Below, one piece after another: positions 49,750-59,323 of a DNA stretch of 64,000 nt. The position numbers and the translations under genes were made by a program. The DNA comes from a candidate division FCPU426 bacterium (GTDB taxonomy: Bacteria; Oederibacteriota; Muellerivitia; Muellerivitales; Muellerivitaceae): contig CAWKAR010000024.1 of NCBI GenBank assembly GCA_963847625.1, forward strand, positions 64,001 to 128,000, written 5' to 3'. Each line of letters starts with the position of its first letter. Position 1 is the first letter of the stretch. The notes beneath the pieces were generated by a model that made no database searches, was not told the DNA's origin, and saw nothing but the letters and a program-made list of their open reading frames with translations.

Positions 49750-50274
49750 CTAAACCTTTCCCAGCGACAGCTTGCGCACCTCCACAACCTCTTCCTGGAA
49801 ATCGCCTATAAATTGGGGATATTTTCGAACGAGGGACGACAGGGATGTGCTTTCCAAGTGTCGCTGCAACCAGATTAAATAATCCTTGAATTTCACGGCC
49901 ACTTCCGGCCGAGAAAGGGCCGGACATTTTGTGTCCGACCCCAACAGAACCTGATTTTGATCCTTACTGCGCATGATGACCGCGGGATACATCGAGCAAT
50001 CCAGTGGGCGGGCCTCGTAAACAAGGCACGTTTGATCCTCAGGATTGAAAAACGAACAGGCGAACCCGTGCCCGCAGGCCACAAGTTCAACCTTGGAAGC
50101 CATTTCCTTGACCGGCTCCCGAAAAGAATGATTTGATAGGAGTGAATCGACCTGAAACCTTTCCTCTGGGAAAAAGAAGGGGGAGAGGGCCGCCTGCTTT
50201 TCCGGAAAATGACAACAGACGGGACATTCCAGGCAAATCTCACTCGCGATCAACTGGGGCATCTGTGGACGCAT
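49750..50274 (-). CDS. YkgJ family (CxxCxxCC) Zn/Fe-chelating protein
   Basis: CLECPVCC and CLVYEARPLDCSMYP. Confidence 0.88.
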   Translation of the reverse strand: MRPQMPQLIASEICLECPVCCHFPEKQAALSPFFFPEERFQVDSLLSNHSFREPVKEMASKVELVACGHGFACSFFNPEDQTCLVYEARPLDCSMYPAVIMRSKDQNQVLLGSDTKCPALSRPEVAVKFKDYLIWLQRHLESTSLSSLVRKYPQFIGDFQEEVVEVRKLSLGKV

Positions 50275-50286
50275 GAAGTCCTTGAC

Positions 50287-50478
50287 TTAAAGGTTGTATA
50301 TCCCAATGCCGATAACGACCAGTCCCCCGATGATCAAAATGGGCGCGAGAGTCATGGAACCCGTGGCTAGAAACATGTAACCCGCCACCAGGATGCCCAC
50401 TCCCACGCCAAGTGTGGTTTTGCCTGCGCTGCTCATTTTGGGTGCAACGGTTTGAACTTTCTCGTTTTTATCCGCCAT
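50287..50478 (-). CDS. Small two-TM membrane protein
   Basis: GGAGG RBS and two hydrophobic helices. Confidence 0.65.
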   Translation of the reverse strand: MADKNEKVQTVAPKMSSAGKTTLGVGVGILVAGYMFLATGSMTLAPILIIGGLVVIGIGIYNL

Positions 50479-50876
50479 GAAGACGAACCTCCGGCAATTG
50501 GTTAATCGCCCCGTATTGTAGCAGAGGTTTCGCGTAAAATTAAACCGATGTCAATTTTTAGCCATTTATCCAAAGAACTTCAGGGGGTTCGGGTTAAACA
50601 GGTAAAGCGACAAGGAAAAATATGGAATTTTGTCATTTATTCCCTTATAAGCCCAAAGACGAATGAATATAAGACGGTAAATTGTTTAAAAATTAAGAAA
50701 ATGCGAATAAATAATTTCTTAAAACATGAAAAATATTGAAAAGAAGGCCTTTTGGCAATTATGGGAAAAAACGGTTCCGATTAGTTTCATGCCTTTTCAT
50801 GCTTTTAAAATCATATTTTCTTGTTGGAATTTAAAGATGGAATAAATGAATTAGAGGTGAAAAAAAGGGGAATGCT

Positions 50877-52151
50877 TTATGAGACTGGACGAAGGATTTC
50901 CAGCCCGCCCAAGTAGGGACGAAGCGCCTCTGGTACTATGACGGAACCATCCGCTTGTTGATAATTTTCCACTATAGCCAACCAAGTGCGGCCGACCGCC
51001 AAACCGGATCCGTTCAAGGTATGCACTAACTCGGGTTTGGAACCACCTTCCCGTTTGAACTTGATGCCCCCCCGGCGGGCCTGGAAATCCGTGCAGTTGC
51101 TGCAGCTTGAAATCTCCCGGTAAGCGTTCTGGCTGGGAACCCAAACCTCCAAATCATAAGTTTTCGCCGCGCTAAAACTTTTATCGGCAGTGGCCAGCAC
51201 CACCACCCGGTAAGCCAAGCCCAGTTTTATCAGAACCTCCTCGGCGTCCGAGGTCAGTTCCTCCAGGGCGTCCATGCTCTTTTCCGGGTCCGCGAATTGA
51301 AACAATTCCACTTTATTGAATTGATGCAAGCGGATGAGGCCCTTTGTGTCTTTCCCGTAACTTCCGGCCTCCCGCCGGTAGCAGGGGGTATAAGCCATGT
51401 ATTTTTTGGGCAATGAGCCGGGAGGCAGGGTTTCAGCGCGGTGAAAGTTGGCCAATGAAACCTCGGCTGTGGGAATCAGGTAAAAATTGTCTTTTTCCAC
51501 GGCAAAGGACTGGTCGATGAACTTCGGAAACTGTCCCGACATTTCCATGGAGGAATAATTAACTAAGTGCGGTACCACCATTTCCCGGTAGCCTTTGGAA
51601 GTGTGCAAATCCAGCATGAAATTAGTCAGGGCCCGCTCCAACCGGGCCCCTGGACCGGAAAGCGTGAAGAACCTCGCACCCGAAATCTTGGCGGCCCGCT
51701 CAAAATCCAGGATTCCCAGGGCTTGACCCAATTCCTCGTGGGATTTGGGCTTGAACCCGAATGCAGGCGGCTTACCCACCCGCCGGATTTCTTGATTGGC
51801 TTCCTCCCCGCCAACGGGAACACTTGAGTGGGGCATATTGCAGACCATGAGTTCGACATCGTGAAAATCCTTTTCGACCGAGGTGATTTCCCCGTCCATC
51901 TGCTTGATTTCATCGGACAGTTCCTGGAGCTTGGCCCGATATTGGGAGATGTCCTTGCCTTCCTTCTTCATGCGGCCCATTTCCTCGGAAGCCTGGTTCA
52001 GCCTGGCTTTTCGCTTGTCAGCCGAAAGCATCAGGTCCCGACGCCGGCGGTCGAGATCCAAGTAGAGAGACAGGTCCACTTTGGACCGGCAATCTTCCAG
52101 GGCCTTTCGGACTTCAGACTCATGTTCACGGACGAATTTGGGGTCGAGCAT
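50877..52151 (-). CDS. serS: Serine--tRNA ligase
   Basis: MLDPKFVR, LIPTAEV, RREAGSYG, RLHQFNKVE, EISSCSNC and HTLNGSGLAVGR. Confidence 0.98.
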   Translation of the reverse strand: MLDPKFVREHESEVRKALEDCRSKVDLSLYLDLDRRRRDLMLSADKRKARLNQASEEMGRMKKEGKDISQYRAKLQELSDEIKQMDGEITSVEKDFHDVELMVCNMPHSSVPVGGEEANQEIRRVGKPPAFGFKPKSHEELGQALGILDFERAAKISGARFFTLSGPGARLERALTNFMLDLHTSKGYREMVVPHLVNYSSMEMSGQFPKFIDQSFAVEKDNFYLIPTAEVSLANFHRAETLPPGSLPKKYMAYTPCYRREAGSYGKDTKGLIRLHQFNKVELFQFADPEKSMDALEELTSDAEEVLIKLGLAYRVVVLATADKSFSAAKTYDLEVWVPSQNAYREISSCSNCTDFQARRGGIKFKREGGSKPELVHTLNGSGLAVGRTWLAIVENYQQADGSVIVPEALRPYLGGLEILRPVS

Positions 52152-52298
52152 ACTTTCCCTTATTATGATTTCCGGCAGACAGACTCAAAGTTTAAATCCT
52201 TTCATGAAGAATCTGAAATAAAATCGGAGGAGCGGATGAGTGTCTTTTAAAAAGCCTTAAATCCCGAAGCCGAGATGAGGGGTGGGTATTGCGGATCT

Positions 52299-52598
52299 CT
52301 AAAGTTTGCGAAGGACCGAGGCCACTTTGTCAATAGGAAGTTGGGCCTTGTCCTTGCGCTCATCCAGCTTGATGACTGTATAAACCCTTTTAACCCCCTT
52401 GGAAAAGGGGATTTTGTGCATGGCGGCTGCCAACCTCAAAAGTTGATCCGCCTTGCCGGTCACAATGGTTCCCATGCCGTTCAGTTCGAATCGAACGCCT
52501 TTTTGTCTGTGAAGAAATTTAAGGATATCAGCCACATAAAGGCTGACCGAGGGTTTTCCCGTCCCCAAGGGGATCACGCTGATTTCCATCATAGCCAT
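52299..52598 (-). CDS. MTH1187/YkoF thiamine-binding family protein
   Basis: MEISVIPLG, SVSLYVA, MGTIV and IKLDERKDK. AAGGAG RBS. Confidence 0.88.
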   Translation of the reverse strand: MAMMEISVIPLGTGKPSVSLYVADILKFLHRQKGVRFELNGMGTIVTGKADQLLRLAAAMHKIPFSKGVKRVYTVIKLDERKDKAQLPIDKVASVLRKL

Positions 52599-52749
52599 GT
52601 CATTTCTCCTTCGTTTTTTAATGGGAAAAGCGAGTATATCGAAAGCCGGATGGAATATATAGGCTGCCTCTGGACACTTTAAAAAACTGTCCGGCGGATT
52701 AAATAAAGAATATACTTTTAGGGCTTCTAATCCAACATGGGAGGGCGCC

Positions 52750-53472
52750 ATGCGCAAAATGAACCTTAATTGGTTAATTCCGGGGTTATTGTTGTTGGTC
52801 GCGCCGTTGTGGGCTGCGGAAAGGACCGGGGTATTACTCCCTTATACAGCTCCGGAAAAAGCCGGTGAAATAAAAAAGATACAAGACGACGCCATGTTTA
52901 AACTTCACGAGGGCAACAAGTATTTTGTGAAAAATAATAAGGATCAGGCCGCCAATCCATCCATCATGGTGGTCAGCTGCGCCGATGCCCACACTCCTCC
53001 GGAAACCGTCTTCAACATGAAGACCGGAGAGCTTTTCACCAACCGGGCTTTCGGCAATGTGGTGGACAAAGTCATCTTGGGCAGCCTGGAATACGGCGCC
53101 CAGCACCTGAACTGCCGCGTCCTGGTGGTCATGGGTCATTCGGGTTGTACCGCCATCAAGGAAGCCATTGAGGAGTACCACCATTCCCGTATTTCCTGGG
53201 TTTCCATGAACCAAGAGGCTTTGTACGATAAAATCAAACCTGCCATTGCTGAAGTGGAGGAAACCCAGAAACAAATGAAAGCCAAGACCGACCATGAACT
53301 GAAAGGGGAGGCTTTTGACGAGGCGGTGGTCCGGGTAAATATTCTAAGCACCATGCGCTACATCCGCGAACAAAGCCCAATTCTTTGGGATCTGGAACAT
53401 AAGGATATATTAAAAATAGTTGGATGCATTTATCACAAGGAAACCGGGAAAGTAGAGTGGATTAAGGAATAG
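52750..53472 (+). CDS. Secreted beta-class carbonic anhydrase
   Basis: Signal peptide, SCAD, GELF, GNVV, GSLEYG, MGHSGC and VRVNI. Confidence 0.88.
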   Translation: MRKMNLNWLIPGLLLLVAPLWAAERTGVLLPYTAPEKAGEIKKIQDDAMFKLHEGNKYFVKNNKDQAANPSIMVVSCADAHTPPETVFNMKTGELFTNRAFGNVVDKVILGSLEYGAQHLNCRVLVVMGHSGCTAIKEAIEEYHHSRISWVSMNQEALYDKIKPAIAEVEETQKQMKAKTDHELKGEAFDEAVVRVNILSTMRYIREQSPILWDLEHKDILKIVGCIYHKETGKVEWIKE

Positions 53473-53661
53473 AGGTTGTTTCAAGAAAGAATTCTTATTC
53501 CGGCGGATAAAAAAAACTGAAGGATGATTTATATCCTTGTGAGTCTTTTCTTATCAACCCAGGATAGGCGGTTGCGGTTAAGCGTATTTTCTATACAAAC
53601 CTGGCGTTATCTCGGTAAAAATCTTTCGCTTCAATCGCAATAACTCTTCCGGAGTACAAGC

Positions 53662-54753
53662 TTGATCATTGGTGTGCCGAAAGAAATCAAAGACAATGAA
53701 TTTAGGGTGGGAATTGTCCCGGGCGGCGTTGAAGAACTGGTTTCCGCAGGGCATCAGGTCCTCTTGGAAGGCGGCGCGGGGAAGGGAAGCGGAATCCCGG
53801 ATCAGGATTATCAGGAAGCGGGCGCCAGGATCTTGGCCGACCGCGAGGAATTATTTCACCGCTCAGAAATGATCCTGAAAGTCAAGGAACCCCAACCCTC
53901 CGAGTTCGGCCTGCTGAGGAAGGGCCAAGTCCTCTTTTGCTACTTCCATTTCGCCTCCTCCAAGGAACTGACCCAGGCCATGATAAAGGCCAAGATCGTG
54001 GCCTTCGCCTATGAAACCATCTGCCTTCCTTCTGGGGAGCATCCGCTCCTGACACCCATGAGTGAGGTGGCGGGAAAAATGGCTATCCAGGAAGGCGCGA
54101 AATATTTGGAGAGATCCATGGGCGGCAAAGGGATCCTCTTGGGCGGGGTCACGGGCGTCAAACCCGCCAAGGTAGTGGTGCTGGGAGGCGGCGTGGTCGG
54201 GGCCAACGCGGCCAAAACCGCGGCCGGGTTAGGCGCTTTCGTGACGGTGCTGGATGTGAACCCGACCCGCCTGAGGCATTTGGAGGATATCCTGCCCAAG
54301 AACGTCGCGACGATAGTTTCCAACCGAAGGGTCATCCGGGAGGAAACCCGCGAGGCGGACCTGCTCATCGGTGCAGTTTACGTGGAAGGCGCCAAGGCCC
54401 CGCGATTGGTAAGCGAAGATTTAGTGAGAAAAATGAAACCGGGTTCGGTTATCGTGGATGTGGCCATCGACCAGGGCGGCTGCGTGGAGACATCGCGGCC
54501 AACTTCCCACAGCCATCCGGTTTACCTGAAACACGGGGTAGTGCATTACTGCGTCACCAATATTCCCGGTGCCGTTGGCATGACCTCCACCTACGCCCTG
54601 ACAAATTCCACGCTCCCATTCGTCTTGGAAATAGCCCGGCATGGCTGGCGGGAAGCTGTCAAGCGGAATCCCGTCATTCGCCACGGGCTCAATATCGACC
54701 ATGGAATCCTCGTGCACCCCGGTGTTAAATCGGCATTCAAGAAGAACGTTTGA
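53662..54753 (+). CDS. ald: Alanine dehydrogenase
   Basis: IGVPKEIK, KVKEP, PLLTPMSEVAG, GGGVVG, DVAIDQGG and HYCVTNIPG. Confidence 0.97.
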   Translation: MIIGVPKEIKDNEFRVGIVPGGVEELVSAGHQVLLEGGAGKGSGIPDQDYQEAGARILADREELFHRSEMILKVKEPQPSEFGLLRKGQVLFCYFHFASSKELTQAMIKAKIVAFAYETICLPSGEHPLLTPMSEVAGKMAIQEGAKYLERSMGGKGILLGGVTGVKPAKVVVLGGGVVGANAAKTAAGLGAFVTVLDVNPTRLRHLEDILPKNVATIVSNRRVIREETREADLLIGAVYVEGAKAPRLVSEDLVRKMKPGSVIVDVAIDQGGCVETSRPTSHSHPVYLKHGVVHYCVTNIPGAVGMTSTYALTNSTLPFVLEIARHGWREAVKRNPVIRHGLNIDHGILVHPGVKSAFKKNV

Positions 54754-55075
54754 ATACGGTCCTGGAAGTTTGAAGTGCCTACGGTCTTCGCGGTTTTTAA
54801 GTATTAAGCCTTTTTTCCTTGCCCCGGGAGTTTCAGCATCCGGGAAACCCTTGAAGAGTGAGGGCTTTGATTGTTATTTCAGGGCCTGAATGCCATCTTT
54901 TTTCCTTTCCTTCGGGGAAAATCGGCTAAAATGACGCCCCTGTGCCACTTTCCCGGTACTTGAATCGTCGAAAAATCGGTACATTTAACCCGATTTGAAC
55001 CTGTGGGGTCTTCACCCTTTCATTATGAATTTCAAATGAAAATAGTGGACATAAGCTTCTAAATTGAGGAATCGC

Positions 55076-55819
55076 ATGAAATTTTTTTCTTTTTTAATTT
55101 TTCTGTTATCGACCTTTCTGGCCCTGGGAACCGGGGCTTGGGCCGACGGCCCGGGTGATTACCTTCATTCCCGCACTTATGTCGGTGTAGTCGCAACATC
55201 CATCAGCATCGAAAAAAGCGGCGAATTTTCCGGAACGAACTACTCCAGGGTGGATAACCCTGGTTATGAAATCACAGTTATTCCCTCACTGGCGCAGAAT
55301 TTCGGTTTTGGTTTTCTCCTGGGCCACCGGGAGGAAGCTTATGCGCTTGAGCTCAGTTATTGGCAATCCAACCACTTGGCGACTTTCGGGCCCGCCACCA
55401 TCGGATCCATTTCCGGGCAATCCGCAACCTTAAGCGGTTCCTATCAAAGTTCGGCCGTGCTTCGCTCCGTGAACATTGATTTTAAAAGGTATTTTTTCAC
55501 GGATTTAAATCTCCAACCGTTTCTCAACCTAGGTGTGAGCTTTCCATGGATCTGGGTGCCGGACGCGGACTCGGATGGCGCGGGACATATCTATCCGGTA
55601 ACCCTGGCCGGCTTGGGTTTCAATTTGGGCCTGGGGGTGGAATACTACCTATCGCCCACCCTTTCCTTTACTGGGAGCGCCGCCAGGCGCTGGGCCAGTT
55701 TCGACCAGTTTAAAGGGTACCAGGGTCTTTATAACCAGATCGCGCAGTACGGAAGTTCCAGCGGCGACAGCGCGGGGGGTTTTATATTCACGGTTGGGAC
55801 TACCCTCGGTTTTGAGTGA
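55076..55819 (+). CDS. Outer-membrane beta-barrel protein (paralog 1)
   Basis: Signal peptide ending AWA, GFNLGLGVEYY, C-terminal VGTTLGFE. Confidence 0.75.
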   Translation: MKFFSFLIFLLSTFLALGTGAWADGPGDYLHSRTYVGVVATSISIEKSGEFSGTNYSRVDNPGYEITVIPSLAQNFGFGFLLGHREEAYALELSYWQSNHLATFGPATIGSISGQSATLSGSYQSSAVLRSVNIDFKRYFFTDLNLQPFLNLGVSFPWIWVPDADSDGAGHIYPVTLAGLGFNLGLGVEYYLSPTLSFTGSAARRWASFDQFKGYQGLYNQIAQYGSSSGDSAGGFIFTVGTTLGFE

Positions 55820-55863
55820 CGCGGGATTGCGGTAATTGGCATAAATATTCAGGAAGGCTGTTC

Positions 55864-56898
55864 ATGAAAAAGTTTTGGCTTTTGGGTTTGTTCTTCATCT
55901 TGATGGGGCTCACCCTTCTGATCGGGCTTGCCTGTTCGGCCAATCCCACTGGGCCCACTCTGCGCCCCGCGGTCCAAACCATCGTAGCGGTAAACCCCAC
56001 TTTAACACCCACCAATACCGCAACCCCGACCAATACCCCGACTATAACCGCCACGCCTACTCCATATATGACCACGACGCCTTGGGTTTTCTTCAAAAAT
56101 CCCTCAGGATTAGCGGTGGACCCGGCTGGAAACATTTATGTTGCGGACACGGGCAACAACGAGGTCGAAAAATACTCCCCCAACGGCGTTCTTTTTTATA
56201 ACTGGGGAAACGGGGGCAAGGGGAAGGGAAGGATCTATATTAACCAGCCCCAGGCCGTGGCGGTTCAAACTGTGACGATTATGGGGGTTCCGGTCACCTA
56301 CCTTTATGTGCTCAATACAAAGGGCGTAATTAAATTTGACGAATGGGGGAATCCCGCTGCCCAAATCACCCCTATCAGCGTGACCTTTACCAGCCCCCAG
56401 GGTGTTGCGGCAGACGTTAACGGAAACGTTTATGTCAGCGACAACGTGTCGGGAGTGCCTCAAATTGTGAAATTTTCTTCCTCCGGCTCTCCGGTGGCGA
56501 ACTTTGGAACATCTCCGGCCACCGTGATTTACGGCCTGGCCGTGGATAATTCCCTGAACTATATTTGGGCCGCTGTCTCTAACATTAACGGATCCCCGTA
56601 CGGAGCCATACTGGAAATGGATGTCAACACGGGCGCGATGGCCGCCACGATCTTAGGCTTTAACAATCCCCATGGGATCACTTTTGACCTGGCCGGAGAT
56701 TTATTTGTCGCGGACTCAGGGAACCATCAAGTCGAGGAATTCCTTTCTTCTGGTTCTTTTACCGTCCCATCGTTGATATTCAACGATGGAGGAAAACTAT
56801 CAAATCCCGTTGGGGTGGGGGTTGATTCTTACGGCAATATTTATGTTGCGGATTCGAACTACCAAACTAACGGGGCGATTTTCCGGTTTACGCCGTAA
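55864..56898 (+). CDS. Lipoprotein with Thr/Pro stalk and NHL beta-propeller
   Basis: Lipobox GLAC, TPTNTATPT tract, NHL repeats such as PSGLAVDPAGNIYVADTGN. Confidence 0.85.
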   Translation: MKKFWLLGLFFILMGLTLLIGLACSANPTGPTLRPAVQTIVAVNPTLTPTNTATPTNTPTITATPTPYMTTTPWVFFKNPSGLAVDPAGNIYVADTGNNEVEKYSPNGVLFYNWGNGGKGKGRIYINQPQAVAVQTVTIMGVPVTYLYVLNTKGVIKFDEWGNPAAQITPISVTFTSPQGVAADVNGNVYVSDNVSGVPQIVKFSSSGSPVANFGTSPATVIYGLAVDNSLNYIWAAVSNINGSPYGAILEMDVNTGAMAATILGFNNPHGITFDLAGDLFVADSGNHQVEEFLSSGSFTVPSLIFNDGGKLSNPVGVGVDSYGNIYVADSNYQTNGAIFRFTP

Positions 56899-56927
56899 CT
56901 TGCAGGGAGAGGCGGAGGATTAGGAAC

Positions 56928-58178
56928 ATGAGGAAAAGATTTTTACTGGTTGCCATTCTTCTCACCACGGGTTTGCCTTTGACCTTTTCGTGCAAAAACT
57001 CGTCCAACCCCACCTCTCCCGCTCCGACCCCCACCAATTGGGCGGGCTATACGAGCACTGCCACTTCCACTAAAACTAATACTCCCACGATCACCCAAAC
57101 CCCCACGATTACCTTAACCCCCACGATCACAGCATCTCCCACGATCACTCCTACGAACCTCGGCGGGTTTACTTCAACGGCCACAGTCTCCTATACCAGC
57201 ACCTCTACCGTAACCTCTACCTTCACCGCGACCTTTAACACACCCACCATGACCTTTACCCCGACCCAGACCTTTGTGACCACTCCCTCGGTGGGGTTTA
57301 AAAGTTCTTGGCTGGTCTCACGCCCTAACGGTTTGGCCTTGTTGGGCAACTCCAATGCGGGCACGCTATTCGTGGCGGAGGGGGAGAATTCCGAGGGAGC
57401 GCAGGTTGAGGCATTCAAAATCGTCAACCACTTAATGGCGGGGGCTGTTACAACTTGGACAAAATGGGGCCCGACCTCCCTTGTTTCTCCGGAGGGAGTC
57501 GCTGTCAGCCCAACTAGTCAGGTTTACGTCTTGGACGCAGGTTATGGTGGAAGCGGGACTGTTTTTGTTTTTAATTCTGATGGAACCCCCGTCACATATT
57601 GGTCGTCTTGGTCCGGGGGCACGGTGACCGCCTTCAACGATCCGACCGGAATCGCGGTGGATGCGAATGGGAATGTTTACGTGGCGGATGCGGGAAACAC
57701 AACAATAGAAGAATTTAGTCAATCGGGAATTCCTGTGACACAATGGAATAATCCGGTGACGCAATGGAATACAGGAGGTATTGCCGGGTTATGTCCGGTC
57801 GCTGTGGCTTGCGGTCCTGGAACGACACTTGCCACCGTAGACGATGGAAATGGGTCTGGTGCTGCCACGATTAATCTTTACAGCTACCCTTACCCTGCCC
57901 CGACACCATTTCCGGCTGTTCCCGGTGCCGATCTATACGGCCTGGCATTTGATTCCAGCGGCAATCTATATGTTGCGGATTCCAGCCTCAATCCGACAGG
58001 CCAGGTTGAATATTACAGTGCGGGCTTGGAGCAATATGCCTTAACCGGCGGTACCGGCAGTAACGCCTTTGTCAGTCCGGACGGGGTAGTTTATGACATA
58101 TCCACCTTATACCTTTTCGTTTCCGATTACGGAAACGGTTCAAATGGGCAGGGTACCATTGAGGTTTTCGGCCCTTAA
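56928..58178 (+). CDS. Lipoprotein with long Thr/Pro stalk and NHL beta-propeller
   Basis: Lipobox TFSC, repeated TPTIT, PTGIAVDANGNVYVADAGN. Ends in VFGP. Confidence 0.85.
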   Translation: MRKRFLLVAILLTTGLPLTFSCKNSSNPTSPAPTPTNWAGYTSTATSTKTNTPTITQTPTITLTPTITASPTITPTNLGGFTSTATVSYTSTSTVTSTFTATFNTPTMTFTPTQTFVTTPSVGFKSSWLVSRPNGLALLGNSNAGTLFVAEGENSEGAQVEAFKIVNHLMAGAVTTWTKWGPTSLVSPEGVAVSPTSQVYVLDAGYGGSGTVFVFNSDGTPVTYWSSWSGGTVTAFNDPTGIAVDANGNVYVADAGNTTIEEFSQSGIPVTQWNNPVTQWNTGGIAGLCPVAVACGPGTTLATVDDGNGSGAATINLYSYPYPAPTPFPAVPGADLYGLAFDSSGNLYVADSSLNPTGQVEYYSAGLEQYALTGGTGSNAFVSPDGVVYDISTLYLFVSDYGNGSNGQGTIEVFGP

Positions 58179-58399
58179 TTTAATTAACCAGTCATCATTT
58201 CAGCCATCTTTCAGCTTTTCCCCGAATGAAGATGGGTTTTTCCCGATTTTCCCTTTTGGCTTTTACCCCAAACCGCAAATCAAAGTTTTCCTTATATTTT
58301 CAAGGTTTCTTGAGTTAAAATAAATTTCTAACAAAGGCCTTGTGGGAATTTCGGCCTGTTTCCGCAAATGTATTAAAATCCTGGAGGGTGGGACAACGA

Positions 58400-59200
58400 A
58401 TGAAACTGAATAAAATCGGCCGGTTCATGGTATTTGTTCTTATTTTCGGGGCGGTCACCACGGCAGTTCGGGCTGAAGATCCATGGGCGGAATGGTTTGA
58501 AGGCTCCCCCACGGACTATATCAAATCCAGGACCTATATTGGGTTTTTGGGAACATCATCCACCATCGATCAATGGGGTGATTTTAATGGAATTAATTGG
58601 TTGCAATCTGTTCCATCTACTGTATCGGGGAGTGTTACCACCTTTTATCCGGAACAGGATCTCATCCCGTCCATTAACAGGAAGTATGGCTGGGGTGCCC
58701 TCGTTGGCCATAGGGAAGGCCCCTGGGCGCTTGAAATCAGTTACTGGCGAAGCGACCATACTGGTACTTTTACCAACGGCGTAACTGTTTCAAATCCAGC
58801 CAGTTATCAATCCCTTAATTTTGATTTTAAACGTTACTTGTTCACCCAGCTGCCTACCCAACCTTTCATTCAATTAGGACTCAGTTTGCCATGGTTATGG
58901 TTCCGCCAGGGATCGTATCAAGTGGATACTAGCACCACACCACCTACTGTTTTTAATGTGAATGACGAGACCATTTCGGGCGTCGGTTTTAATTTGGGAG
59001 CGGGCTTGGAAATTTACATAGGTAATAACTTTTCGATCATGGGGGCGGCCTGTCAACGCTGGACAGGTTTCAACCAAGTCAACGGTGCCTCGAAGGTGGC
59101 GAATAACAATTTATACTTTGATGGTAACTCCTCTGATGTTGGGACGTACGAAGGGGACGGCCTTAATTTTTACGTCGGTACGACTTTCGGCTTTCAGTAA
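58400..59200 (+). CDS. Outer-membrane beta-barrel protein (paralog 2)
   Basis: Shares SRTY, GHRE, ALE.SYW, DFKRY and GFNLG with paralog 1. C-terminal VGTTFGFQ. Confidence 0.75.
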   Translation: MKLNKIGRFMVFVLIFGAVTTAVRAEDPWAEWFEGSPTDYIKSRTYIGFLGTSSTIDQWGDFNGINWLQSVPSTVSGSVTTFYPEQDLIPSINRKYGWGALVGHREGPWALEISYWRSDHTGTFTNGVTVSNPASYQSLNFDFKRYLFTQLPTQPFIQLGLSLPWLWFRQGSYQVDTSTTPPTVFNVNDETISGVGFNLGAGLEIYIGNNFSIMGAACQRWTGFNQVNGASKVANNNLYFDGNSSDVGTYEGDGLNFYVGTTFGFQ

Positions 59201-59323
59201 GGCGGAATTTCCGGGAAGTTTGAATTTTTGGCCCAATGCCAAGTTTTCAAGGGTTTGGTTAAATTGCCTAAAACGGGGTAAAATATTATGAAACATTTTG
59301 ACAAAACCTTTTCGAGGGGGAAA

